Assembly (NCBI RefSeq): GCF_964204645.1
Contig: NC_134031.1
Span: forward strand, 19,661,910 to 19,725,909
DNA: 64,000 bases
Reading direction: 5' to 3'
Origin: Tubulanus polymorphus
Taxonomy: Eukaryota; Animalia; Nemertea
Part shown: positions 15,001 to 29,300 of the stretch, one piece after another
How the letters are laid out: every line of letters begins with the position of its first letter
Numbering within the stretch: the stretch's first letter is position 1
Translations under genes and position numbers: made by a program
Notes under the pieces: generated by a model
Told to the model about the DNA's origin: nothing
The model's database searches: none
What the model saw: the letters and a program-made list of their open reading frames with translations, nothing else

Positions 15001-18000
15001 TCCGAGGAAACCAAGATTCGAACAAAGTAAATGATGATAAACACACAGATAAACGTAATTTACCATCTTTCGTTTTCTTTCTGTTGTCTGTCTTTATCTT
15101 TCAGGACGTCATCTTTCTCGTCTTCCAGTGAGTCTCGTTGTCTCTGAAGTTCTCCGTTCGCTTGTCGCAGTTTCTCGTTCTCGATATTCAACGATTCGAT
15201 CTGATCGTTCAGCTGCAGACGTAACTTCTCGAGCTGTTGTTTCTCGGTACCTGTCGATGAGAGGGCGCTCTTCGCTCGGTCGCGGTCCCGGTTCGATTCT
15301 TCCGCCGCTCGTCGTCTGCAAAACAAAATATATCACAATTATCACATGGATAGAATTCATGAATCACATTTTTCATTCATTAAATTTTAGTGCTACATCT
15401 GTATAAAATCATACCAGGATTCTTACAGAATGGTGAATCTGAAGATCCCTGATATTTCCCTAACCCTTGACTTAAAATTCCCTGATCCAATTACAAGATA
15501 ACCTCAGTGGGGGCTGTTTCTTTTCAATTGTGCCACTCATCACCAGCAAGATTGACGAGACACCAAAAATTCAAAATCTGATTTTATACAGTAAAACTGT
15601 TCACGATTGTTTCACTGATTACTTACACATTATCCAGATCTTCTCTCATATCCAGTAAATTCTTTTCAAGTTGACGACGTTCATTTTCACTTTCGTCGAG
15701 TTGTTTTTTCAGCGCGAATCCTTGATCCTTCGCGGAGTTCAATCTGGCTTTCATTTCTTGCACCTGAAACATAAGCACGTTTTACATTATGAAATCCATA
15801 AAATACTATTGATACAATCCAGGATTCATACAGATATCAGAATCCAAAATTCCCTGATTTCCCTGACCCTTGACCGTAAATTCCCTGATTCAATTAAGAA
15901 ATATCTTCATATTTTCAGTGGGGGCTGTTTCTTATCAAGAGGCTTCTTGTAGCATTCATTACCAGCAAGAATGAGACAGCAAAGATTTTCACTCAGATTG
16001 TGATTAGAAGTCGGTTTAGGTGTCTTACCTGGAATTGTCTCTTTGTAAGAGCGGTGTGGACGGCTACGAAAGTCGAATCGGCGAAAGTAGGTGACCTCGC
16101 GCGTTGAGGAGATCGCGATTGACCTCTCGAGCGAGGTCGCGGAGATCGAGACCTCAGAGCCGGCGAGGGCGACCTCGCTGTGCGTAACGATAGAGGCATA
16201 TCTCCTCCGGCGACGTCGGGCGACACTGTGTTTTCACGGTCGGCGTCGTTGATCACGGCTTGAGCGATGTCGCGTAACGCGGCGTGCATCGCCTCGGTTT
16301 CGTCCTCAGGTTCGACGTTCTCGTCGAAGTCTCCGTTCCTCTGTTCGACCGCTCGTTGCAGCGTCGCGATCGTCTTCTCTTTCTCGGCGATTTGTATCTT
16401 CAGTTTTTCGTTCGTGACGGTGAATTCGTTCAATCTGAAAACAGACGAATTTTATCAATTTTGATATTCCGTGTTTGTAGCATTCAGGACTAAGGTGAAA
16501 ACAAGCACGGCCCAGTTACTCGAATAATATAGATTTCATCGAGATAAAAGCAACAATTGAAAAAACCTACAATAATCCTATAACATGCGTCGACTGATCT
16601 ATGCACCGCACACCTATCTCAGCGTAAAATTCGAAATCGAATTAAACCACTTTTACATTGTGCTTTTGTGTACGGTTTTTTAAAAGGCTGTTGTTACTCA
16701 TACATTTGAGCATTGAGAGACATATTTTCAGCTACGGTGGGTTGTGATTTTTTTTGATATATGAGCCACCAACCCTCAACGCGTCTGAGGTCCAATACCG
16801 CACAAAAAACAGGTTCAGGTCATAAATCTAATCTGTTGACTATATCTCTTACATATGTATATTCTGTATGTATTAAAAGTATAGGTAGAAGTTGAGGTGA
16901 ATACTGAAAACTAGTCTCCTAGTTAGACTTCATTTCTGCAGCAGGGGCCATTTGGATAGTCATTGCTTAGTTTGAAAAACAGTCAACAACCATCTTAGTA
17001 CAATAGCTAATCTAACAAATTAAGAGCAGTCTATTCGAGAACATTTGTGGACTTCAGTCACTAAGCTCTACTACAGCAAGCCGATGAATTGAACTTACCG
17101 TGATTGGAATTCACCGGACTGAGCCTCGATACGCGTCTGCAATTCCATACATTCTCGTACTTTCTCCCGAAGCTGTTGTTCCAGTTGATTTCTATCCCCG
17201 CGTTCCCGTTCAAGAGCGACCTGCCAACAAACGGAGAAATATTTACAAAATATTCAAAAACCAATCAGGGACTGCAGTTGCTTGAAAGTTGTTTCAAGTT
17301 AATAGTTGACATAATGACAATTCAAATTGTGTTGTGACCAGGTTATTCATCTGGCGGTAAACTTGAATCAGTGTTTCAGCAACTCGCCCCAGGAATCAAT
17401 CGAGATATTAGAATCCGTCTGCTGCGACTCGCACTGACCACAGACGTCGATACAAAACGTGTCGCATTTTCTTGAATGGATATATTTCGTTCATCCATTC
17501 CTGCCGTTAAATCCAAATCACAACACGACACCCGGTAAAACTCAGAGGCTCAAAACAACTTTTTTTTTCTCTCAAGGAGAAAAAAATCGTCTCATTTCCA
17601 AAGAAGAATAACACGCCTGAATTTTGAATAGTTTCCATTCACCGAGCGTAAATAATGCAAAGACTTCTTTCAATAACGAATTCTTCGATTTTAAGAAAAG
17701 TTTTTTTTTTCTTTCTGATAATCTCAACGTCAAAAACCGGGTCCGAACGTATTCACAAAGTGTAGAATGTATTTCTGAACAATTGTAACAAGACTATAGG
17801 CAAACTATTCAATAAAAGTCAAGTTATTCATTCCCCAAAAGCAAAATTCGAGCTATTTCCCATTAATCAGAGAATGTTGAAAATAAGCCGTCTTAAAAAA
17901 CTAAAACTGAAAGTGGTGTGAAAACATTGCAGATATCTATATACCAGTAATAGATGATTAATCATACAGGATTATAGTGTTGTAAAGGCCATGCCCCCTT

Positions 18001-21000
18001 CAAGTCATTCACAGTTACAAATAATCCATCGTGTAATATCCCACAATATGAAAGTCCCAAGAGTTTTCTTGAGCTATAGACGTTTTTCAACTGGATCAAG
18101 GTATTCCTGAAGATTACTTATTCAGTTAAAACGTTCAATGAACTACTAGCTCAAGGAGACATTTTGAACTCACTATTGTTTTGTGTTGCAGGATTTACAT
18201 GTTTCTACAAGTTTTACGATTCAATTCTGCCAAAGATAAGAATATTTTCCTTTTAAACCGTACCTGTGATTGGGCGTCGACGTTGTTCATATTCATGCTG
18301 AGATTCTGGCAGGCTCCGTGCATGTTGCGCGCCGTACGATTGATATCCGCTCGGACGTGGGCCAGGTCACGCTCGGTGGCGCTTTTCATCTCGCCGAACT
18401 GACGACGGAATGCGACCACGGCTCTCCATAGCGATAACAGACGACTGTGTTCAGCGCTGAAATACTCGTTGAATGACTGAAACAAGATTACAGTGAACAC
18501 CTATTAGTCTTTTATCCAATATTCAGATGTTTTGAATCAAAATATTCCAAGATTCTCTGAATTTGGCTGAAATCAGACCAGACTGCTTGATACTCATTAA
18601 AAATGAGAATAAATTGACATCAAAAATAGCAGTTTGATTGAAAATCAACTAAAAAATTATTCTGATTCAAAGAGTTTTTTGATATTTTAGAGAGTATTTG
18701 AGCTCTTAACAAGAAGATACTCAAGTAGTCTAAGTCAGATGTGTGAACTCCAGTCATAAATTCAGATCTACATAAGTAAAGTCTACAGCACAACTTAAGA
18801 TTCCAGAAAATGTCGAAATATCTGTCCAATTTTAGAGAACATCGAAGTACGGTAGATGAAATCTGTGCAGTGTCTGCAGGTTGGACGGACGTATCAATTT
18901 ATAGATAACCGAGCTCAATCAGTTTCAATCAAACCCGTGACAGAAACATCAATCGGATAATCGATCAATCAATAGAAAATAATCAGCCACAAGTGAATGA
19001 ACTGATTGTGTAGTTGAGTCCTACGTACCTGTTCCTCATCTCTCCATTCAGCCTCTTTAGCTTCGAGTTCTTCGCGAGCTCGTTGCCAGTCTTGAGTCAG
19101 TTTATGTATATCAGCAGTTAATGATTGGTTAGCAGCAGTCGCCTGGTCGAGTTGTTCCCTCAACATTGAATTCACATGGGCGAGACTTGCACTCCTGAAA
19201 ACATCACAATTGAAAGTATTATCATTACGATTTTTATTTAGTCCCTTGTAAATTACTAATGTTTTATGATAAAAGATGAAAATAAAATTATCCCTATTAA
19301 GTATTTCTAAGGTTGAAAATGATCTGATCTCTTGTCATATCTTCTTACCTTTGCTGTTCTTCTTCCAGCTTGATAAGTGCACTCTCGTAGTCCATATTGT
19401 GCTCATCGTCCGTCGAGCGAAGTCGCGCCTCAGCTGCGTCCAAGCGCACCTGCAGCTGATCATTGGTTGTTTGCAGCTACAACGTTTAAAACACAGATTA
19501 AAATGAACTTTCGACTTCCCTGGATGTCTTTTTTTGTTTATACCTTATCAATAATCTTTGCCCATGAAATTCAAAGTTAGATTTTTTTAACAATTTTATT
19601 TATTTCAATACAAAAGTTTATGATTGTATAGATTTCCTTAGAAAACATTCAACAAAAATAAATACCACGCTAAACAAGGCATGCACAAACTGAAGCTCAT
19701 GCAGATGTGTTATTGCATAGTAAGGGCCTCACAGCGGTAACAGGGCCATGATGAACTATTCGTAATGTCTGGAATGGCGACACAGTCCTGTGGTGGGTAC
19801 TCACTCACGGGTACTCGCAGGTTACTTACTCGTTTCACTCGATCAGTATCGGATTGCTGCTCAAGAGATTTAGTTTCGAGTTCACCACATTTACGTTTAT
19901 ACTGTAACACCTACGTTTAGAAGAAGCGACAGAAAGCGTCTGTGAGATGAGGCAAGCATTTCATATTATACATAAAGTTAGAGTATAGGATAAAACAATA
20001 TATATATATATAATGAGTATCAAGATACTAGTACAGTCAAAGATATAACTTTCCATAAAATGCATGCAATATTCTGTTTGTTTTAACGCCAGAATCAGAT
20101 TAGTCGTATTGGATTCTAGTGAATTTATGGAGAGTCATATGCAGGCTGTACTTCAAGCAGGTGTCAGAAGCATTCGCTATAAAACACAGTCAAATTTCAT
20201 TCCATGAAACGGATTCATTGTGAGTTAAAAGCCGCATTCGCACTATCGCTAGTCCATTCTAATTTGGCCCGTACCTGGAACGGACTTTTCCCTAGCGTGA
20301 ACGCTTGGTCTCTTCTAAATTGGGAGGGACCAAATTTAGAAAGTTGGTTCTAACATAGCGTGAATGCGGCAAAACTCTATCACGAAACTAGACCCAGGTA
20401 TATATGTAACTGGGTGCTGAAACTTTAAACGAGGCGCTGATTTTCACTGCTGATAGTTAGAATAAGCCCGAACGAACGAGACCTGAAGCAATACGATAAT
20501 GCAGAATATAATATGAATCATGCTACGATGTGACGATATATTGAAGACTCACTCTTCTACCGCGATCAGTAAACGCTCTAATATCAGCATTCTCTGATTC
20601 CAGTTCACCGCAACGCTTTTTATACTGTAACACCTAGAAAATTACTCCAATTCATTAATATGAAATTCATTTTTTCTAAATCATGATTCTCAACAAACTG
20701 AAAGAGGAAATCTTTTTTATTGATAGGAAAAAAGCCCAAACTTCCACTTTTATTCATCAAGTTCGAAGACGAAATGAATATTTGTATTTTCAGCTTTGGA
20801 CCTGGTTCCAGTTCTGAATCCAGATTCAACTTGAATTAATTGCTTCAAATCATTTCTACTTATTGAAAATGAATTTGCTTCATCTCAGCATTAACTCTAG
20901 CTCATAACTGAGAAACTGGATCTTGAGTTCAGAGTTAACTGTAACTCATAACTGTGAAACTGGATCCTGAGTTCAGAGTTAACTGTAACTCATAACTGTG

Positions 21001-24000
21001 AAACTGGATCCTGAGTTTAGAGTTAACTGTAACTCATAACTTTGAAACTGGATCTTGATAAAATGAATCGCATAAACTTCATTCATCCCGGTAGAATGTT
21101 CAATAGTACACACAGGTTATCACTATAAACAGGATAATTAGTGTCCAGTATCAGTAGAAATGATTTGAAGCAATTAATTCACGCAATCGCATCAATTATT
21201 TAATGACATTTTATCATTCACGCGAGTATTTCAGTTGACAAGTGAAAGACCCCCTGTCGTCACATAGTGTACAGTTTACTGTCATAGTTACTATGTAGGG
21301 ATTGTTTGTAGGTAGGACGATGTAACTAGGATTCAGTGCTCCATCACTACATATTCAGACAAGATAAAGTTGCAATAGAAAATTTCAATAAAATTTTTTC
21401 TTCAAAATTTCTAAGCCTATATTAACAATCACAATGCAATTCTTTTATCGAGATTTTTGAGAGAAAAAAATTTCAGTTTTTTCAAAACATTTCTATGCCT
21501 AAATCATTTCTGCCAAAATTTCTGCTGAAAAAAAATAAAATTTCCAACCCTGAATAACCAACTATAGGATAGTGATTTTGATATTACGAGTGATGATAAG
21601 CGTGATAAGAGTTTCCCGGTACTTACTTCCCAGCAGCGACAATACGGACAATCCAACCGGGGACAAGTGGCTAAACGATGGACCGCAGCATCATCACCAT
21701 CCATCATCAAACGAACAGCAACTCTCACTGACGAGTATTACAGCACTGATACTGAGTGTATACATGTAAAAACTGTAAGTTACTGTCCTCAGTCCTCGTC
21801 GTGTAAGTGCCACTCGAAGTGAGGTTCCCCATGGAAACAATTGATTCAAAACTTCATACCTATATTCGGTCAGTCGTTCGTTCTGATAATCAACTGGTGC
21901 TCACCGCATGAAACCCTTATCACTACACGGTTTTAATGTGTAAACAGTATATTTTCTGAAGTAGGTTTTGTTTGGTTTGAAAAATATGCGATGATAATAT
22001 TAAAAAATTGACGATAAATATGAAAAGACACCAGTTAAGAAACCGAGTGACGTGTGGCTGAAAATGGAAATATAGTCATCAGCAGCATCATTTAAAAAGA
22101 GGGAATGAACAGTTGTGGTAAAATGACTATTGATTATTTCATGAAAAAGCTTCGAAACCAACGACAGTAAAACTTGGTCCAAACCAGGCCACAGTTTCAA
22201 CTGGGTGATTAGCTGTGTTCACACTTATTGCTAGTTAGTCCATTCAAATCAGGCCCCTACCTGTGGAACCATTGACTTAGTCCATGCTGGAATGAACTAA
22301 TTTAGAATGGATCAAACCAATGCTGTACCTTCATACACACTTTCATATCAGCTGTTATCACTGGTCCAAGTGAGAAATGTTTCATTTTAAAAAAGATCCG
22401 ATCAAAAATGGAAGAGACCAATTTGGAATGGACCATTTGCTAGTGTCAATGCTCGGTCCGTTGCAAAATTGGGAAGGACTTAATTTCAAATGATCTGAAT
22501 AACCAAGTGTGAACACAGCCAGGTATTAAGAACCCGTGCGTTGAGCAGGGGAGACATGAAGTTTACCTTAGCCTGTAATTTCTGAACGAGTTGAGCCTGT
22601 CGTTGTTGCCCGTCCTGATAAGCCTGTAACTTGCGTTTATAGCTGGCGTGTTCTTCATCAAGTTTACGCCTCAGTTCAATATTCTGTTGTCCTAAACTCT
22701 TTGAGGCGACATTTTCACTCTCCGTATCACCGCTGTCCAACTTCAACGACGTTTCCAACTACAAAATATCGAATGATAAAAGTTTTCTTAATTCCAGAAA
22801 TTTCATAAGCGAACAACTGATTTCCAAAATTCCTAACGGACTCGAAATTTAAAACCTTTAATGCCAATATCAAGAATTTAACCAATGTGTTGATATTACT
22901 ATGAAAACAAAACAGGCACAAAGTAATTAACTATAATATCAATTCAAACCCCATATTGAGCCTCCCTCAGGCTATCTGCTGTAATTAATCATTACACCGA
23001 ATTAATTCAGTCTCCTGAAGTGAAATCATACGGTAAAATTAACCTCCCCAAAGGTAAAAATATATCAGTTGGACTGGTTGAATTGTATTCTGAACTTCGG
23101 GTTGTATTTTTTCTAGTATTGACTCTCGGTCAACATCACGTATTGACTGAGTAATGATTTTCGAATTCCGTAGATAAACTTTCGTTTACGATAAGCAAAC
23201 AATTTAGATTTCCGTAGTCGGTCGGTCGTTCGAAAAATAGCGCTTAAACGCACGATCACTTCAACGAAGAAATAATATCTTTCGGTGCCTCGTAATTCCA
23301 ATAACGGAATCAAGAGATCATTCGTTTTTTACAACTACCAATAAAGGTCAACGATAATAATATCAGTTTTTTTTATATCATGGACGAAAATATTCAAAGA
23401 AAAATAACTACATGAAATGTCTATTTGGTGTTGAGGTTACCGGCCTAGAAAACATATAAAAGGCCCACTCCTACTGACATTTAAGGCTTAGAATCGCGTA
23501 TGAAAAGCACAATTGTTCTTGCTTTGAGATATTCACAGATCACTGATTCTTTTAAGAAGCCCCAGGGTAATTACACTCAGTACTCAGGAAGTACTGTCTC
23601 AATGTATTGCTGAAATAATATAATAAATGCTCCGATGATTTTTAGGAATATACGCGCTCGTCTATATATGTTAGTTAAAGGGGGTGTGACATTTACATTC
23701 TAGTTTTCATATCACTCAAAAGGGGGCGTGTCGAAGATACTTAAGATAACTGAAACTATGTCTACAAATACTTCAGAATAATGTTAAGATTTGAGCTAGC
23801 TTTTTTCTCAAAGTTATAGGCTAAAAACTACGGAACCAATGAAACCTGATAAAAAGAAAGACCATATTTACGAAGACATCTGTGTGAAAAAAAGTTATCA
23901 AAAGTTGAAATAGAATAACTAGTCCTTCTATAAGAGAAACTAGTTAAACCTGGTTTTCTAAGCATATAGCCTAACATTAACAAGAGCTTTATAAGCATTC

Positions 24001-26332
24001 ATTAGATTCTACATAATTACTGATCGAAAAAATATGTTAAGGTTAAATCTTTATCATAAATATAAAAAAAAGAGCCTAATAAAATACTTGCATCGGGAAT
24101 AAGGGCATTCGACTGCCCTCGTGAGTAATAGCCTGAAGTCATCTTAAAGTCCTTCGATCTTCTCTAAACCAGGTAACGTGTAAGACGACGAGAATTTCAG
24201 TTATTCCATCGTCAACGAACGCCGAGTAAAGAACAAGTGTCTGATTTCTTGTTTAAACTTAGTAACTAGGGGAAACTAAGACGAGCCGTTCCGCTGTGTT
24301 GACTATTGGTAAATAGCCCGGACACACCGTATTGACCAGCCCAGAACGGTAGCCATGAATGCGCACACACGCATTGTCAGTGTCACTCGACGGATTAAAC
24401 ATATCCGTATATATATATGAAATAACATGATTTCAAAAAGACACCGAACATCTATTTCTTAAGTACATTCAAGTGGGCCTTTTACCAGACAGCATAAAAG
24501 CTTGCATTCCTCGAAGGTATTACATAAAATGTATTTCTTTATAGAAATAAAGACAAAGTTTGATGGAATATTTGACAGACGACTGACAAAAATGTCTAGT
24601 TCTATTCATTGCGCATGAAAAGCAAACTGGTTATGAAAACCTTTTTGAGATGATGGTTACATAAGTTTAGAAAAATAGACCGGTTTTCTGATAATACATC
24701 TGCCGTAGGTCCTATGTTGGGGGAAACTTAACCCACACCACCGAAGGCTTCCCCAGGATGATATCAACATTTGAAAGTGAAATTGACTGATTTGGTTCGT
24801 TTGGACATCATCTATTCCGCCAAATTCATCTATCATAATTTGGAATTGTAAGCCTTCAGATGTCTTGCAGGATAAATTGTCAGCCACAACTGTCGACTGG
24901 GTGCTGCTATTAGTTGTCAGTGGTATGCCCGCTGGCACAGAGATGAGTCAACTATATACAACATAGAAACTGAGAGAGGAAGTGACTACGAACATGAATA
25001 GCGTCCATATAATCGCTCCTTTTAATAAACGCACAACAGAAATGCAATTATCAGTGATGATGTCTCTTCAATCATATGACAATAGAAATGTTAAAATTCT
25101 ATTAGAATGTTTCACCACATCTAGATAGATACAGCCAGCTCCAGCACGCAGCCCGGCCGCCTGCCCGTGTATCACAACTCTGGGAAACTAAACACGTGTC
25201 ATATGTCCAATGATGTCTATAGATTGTACAATACAATGACAGAAAATTTCCGACCAGACTGAAGACGACTCAGAAATATAGCATATCGATAATCAGGTAA
25301 ATCTAACACTTCAAACTTTGTGACCAAAAAATAAACTATAGCGAATAATAAATGATCACTTGTAACTAATTATTGTGGATAAGATTATCAAATTCCTTCA
25401 CTAAATCTATTAAAAATGGTTTCGCAAAATTCGCAGTAAGTTTTGTAGTTGAAAACCTCTTTTTTTTAGAAAATTCCTTAACCAAATGTCGGCATATAAT
25501 AAAAACTCTTCAGGTAGAATTGAATGAGTAATGACGTTTTGATTGAGTGATAATTTCCTTAAAAAGCTTCACGAACCAGAACAAATGGCCTACACGAATA
25601 AAACGGTGATCTTTATAAAGGAACTAATGCGCTTTTTATCAATTTCACGCTAGTTGAAGGCATGAATTTAACCCGGGACCCGGTAAATCAATGATCTAAA
25701 AAAACACTTCACCAAGCACATCATCAATTTATAATGATAACTACGCGATTATAGCTCACCTTGGGAAGACTACCGTAGTACGAATCTCGAAACCAAGACA
25801 TTATCGAAAAATCTAGCCGCGAAAAAACTCCTTCTTAACGAAAACTGCGAAATATTGGTTAGGTATCCAATTACGAATCTAGATTCACGTCGAGTGATGT
25901 GTCTCGGGAGCCAGAACAGTGTCGAGGTGTTATAGGCTCAGCAGGCTAGTAGCAATGAGGCCATTAGCAGCGACGGTTCAGTATTTCAACACCGTCAGAG
26001 ACACCTAGTCAGCAGTACTCGAATTAATCACCCCTAGCAACGTTTGCAATCGCGCGCGGGAACAAATCTGGACAGGCCCGCGATTTCAAACGAAAATACA
26101 CGTCTTCTCGGGCAAGCCAGAGTCGGACAATAGGACCACAAACACCGGCTATTGTTTGACAACAGCAGCGCGTTAATGCAAAGTAAATTAGCCATTTCAA
26201 CGACTACTCAAGAAGTTGGATTGAGGATAAATAATTACTTTGCAATAATTATAATCTTTTCGGGGGCGAAATTTCTTCAACTTCGATTTACGGTTTACGG
26301 ACTGCAATCTGAGTATACAAACAGTCAATGAG

Positions 26333-26399
<67 letters not shown>

Positions 26400-29300
26400 A
26401 TCAGGAATCTATCTATTTGTTTGGTTAGAACAAGAGATGTCTATTTCTAGGGGGGTCAGTGTTAAATACCGCGTACAAACTCAAACTTAACTAATAAACC
26501 GTCGATTAAAATCCCTGTCATGCGTTCGTGATCACGTTTCATAAATTTACAATCAACGGTAAATTACGATAGATCTAATAAATATAACCAATTAAAAGCC
26601 GGCACATTAGAATTTTGTTCATAACTTTTATGAGAATTTCTAGATTGTATTATAGTACTTAAACCCTTATGATAGGTATTTATGATATAGTTTACAAGCC
26701 TCTGACCAATTCCAGTATGAAAAGCCTTGTAAGACTAGAGTTTTGACTTGTAAAACTAGCAGCAGTCATTAATAAGCAAAGATCTGTTGATTTCTAATAA
26801 TAATTTTCAATTTTTTTTCAAGAATTTGGACAAGATTTACTTGTTTGGATCACTTTGTTTGTATAAACTAATTACTCATGTGCATGCCCTGTCAGGATAA
26901 CAGTTAAATAACTGTAATTAACATTCAATTAATTACGACTAATCGAGAATGAGTATCAGTGTGTCAAATCTCGATCAAGAGCTGGGTAATTGGATCCACT
27001 GGATTCTAAGATCTAGGATTTTGAGCTATGAAATTCATCGACAATTCCGAAATTCTTGACCAAGAAAAGAGCTGAACTTTTCTTAGGAAATGATCTCATA
27101 TTTAGTGTCTTCAAATCCCACAGAGGGGCAGCACCATACAGTCGTACTAAACCGATCTCCCTTGTCTCAGACATCTATAATACATAATCGACACTGAGCC
27201 CGTCACAACAATTTCAAATCACGAAAAATAATTACCGGCAGCATTTCGATTAGCACGAACTCGTTTGATTCATAGACGATCGTTTAAAAAAATCAATCAC
27301 CGATAAATGATGAACAGTAATTGTTAGATATTGATTAATGATCTATTTTCACGTAGAGTTTTATCATTTTCATTATTAGACCGATAATCGACGGTTCACT
27401 AGCGAATATAAACAATACAACTTCATCGCGTTAGTCGTGTGTATCGTAGCGATTTGTTATTTAACGATAAAAATCATCTAACCGTGAAAACGTGTAGGTT
27501 TAGTTAGAGACTGTTTACACATTTACACAGTGGCAACTAGACCAGGCGTTGAGGAAAGGTGCAGTTTTTATTCGAGCTGAGAGATTCATCCAAACATTTC
27601 ACATTGACCAGGGATGCTTCATAAAGCAAGGGTCACAGGGAAATTGGAAAAATCATTTCTCGGTTAAAGCAGCCAAGTCAAAAGCCTCTATCGGCGTTTC
27701 ACCCTCAGTTTTAGATATTTTGAGAAAATACAACCGAAAAGGTCGCAAACTGTGAGAGGATGAATGCCAAATTTACAGGTTTTAATGATCTCTGTCTTGA
27801 CAAAAAGGGCCACCTCAGGTGGAAGGCAGGGGCCCGGACCCCGGAGACCATCGCCTAAATCCACCCCTCAGTCAGAGTAATGCTGCCCCCTGTACATATC
27901 AAATTGAAAGAAAGCTCAACACAGAATCCTTGTAATTAAAGAACATTGAACAACGACAGTAAAGAACAAACAGAACAGCGTCAACTATAACGACAATTCT
28001 AATACATACTCTTGATGAAGACATGAATAATCTGTGTCTAATAGTTGACTGTTGGTGCAGCAGTGAGTGCAAGAAAAACAAGTGCATTCTTTATTATACA
28101 CATCCTGACCACAGGATACAGCATGGTGCGGTGCAAGGATAATCCTCGGCTGGTGCCGGGATGATCTAAGCCGGATACATGCACAGATGTATGAAAATAT
28201 GAAATCAACAACAAATCCATGTTTTCTATTGCCGGAAACAAGAGAAAACATCATGATGTTTCTTGTTTTCTAGTTCTGCACATTGTGTAACGAATAAACA
28301 CAAAAACACTTTTTCTGTTGGAAATGTGTTTTCGATTGCTGTGTGCATCCGACTTAGAAAATCGTCAAGTGAAGGTGAAATACTCATCACCGAAACTGGG
28401 GACGTGTAATTGAAGAAAAAACTATCCATTATGAAGAAAAACTAAGATTCAATTTCTATGAGCCATTTTCAAAACTAGAATTGAGTCTAAATGTCATTGC
28501 TCACTTAGTTTTGAAAATGGTTCATAGAATTGAGTACAACTCTCTTTGTTTTCTTCATAAATATAGGTCTTTCTTCAATTGAATCATAGTCTATGGAAAC
28601 CAACAGGGGGAAATGTTGTCTCCACAGACTGGGAAACAAGTGAAAGATGACAAGTGAAGTAGATTTAGAAACTGACCTTCTCGCTGAGAGCGTTGTATTT
28701 GATACCGATCTCATCTCTCTCGGCTCGAGTTGTCGCTAGTAAATCTTCAACTCGACTCAACTCGTGTTGAAGCATTCGATTCTCTTCCTGAACCGACGTT
28801 AAACCGGTAGCGGCCATATTGTCGTCTGCTGCTGCGGCGACCGGTTTCTCGTCCTCGGCGAGGTTTTTCGTGATGATATCGCGGATTCGCGCGGGCACTT
28901 TCTCCGGGGGCGAGCTGTCCGTATCTTTCAACGTTAATTCACCGTCGGTGTCTTTATTGAGGACGGTGTCTTCGAGTTTCTGAAACAGAAATACGCAATT
29001 CGTAAAATCCATTCTGCATCGTCGTCGCCGTGGAGCTGAACTCATTGTTATATGTACAGGTGAATAAGATCGACCTGTCTATACATTTTCTGATGTTATA
29101 GCAACAGCTATAACCGTGAATGAGGAGTCATCATCTCATTCACTGCTGCTCTCTTAGTCATCCTTCACTCCTCTGAGAGACAAACTCGAACCTAGATTCC
29201 GTAATAAAAATCATAATAGAGGAGGCTATTTTTACGTAACAACGCGTACAGTAGATTCTCTTTACCCCGGGAATCAACTGCCTCGGATTACTGCATGCCC

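Noticed and set aside
821-16493. Numerous plus-strand or alternate-frame ORFs over rootletin exons (e.g. 821-1225, 12354-12750, 15128-15406)
   Set aside because: Shadow frames of coiled-coil exons; no independent splice structure.
27236-27244. Three-codon MLP|GTAATT first exon
   Set aside because: Too short to distinguish from chance; mentioned only as weak support for the alternative-promoter set.
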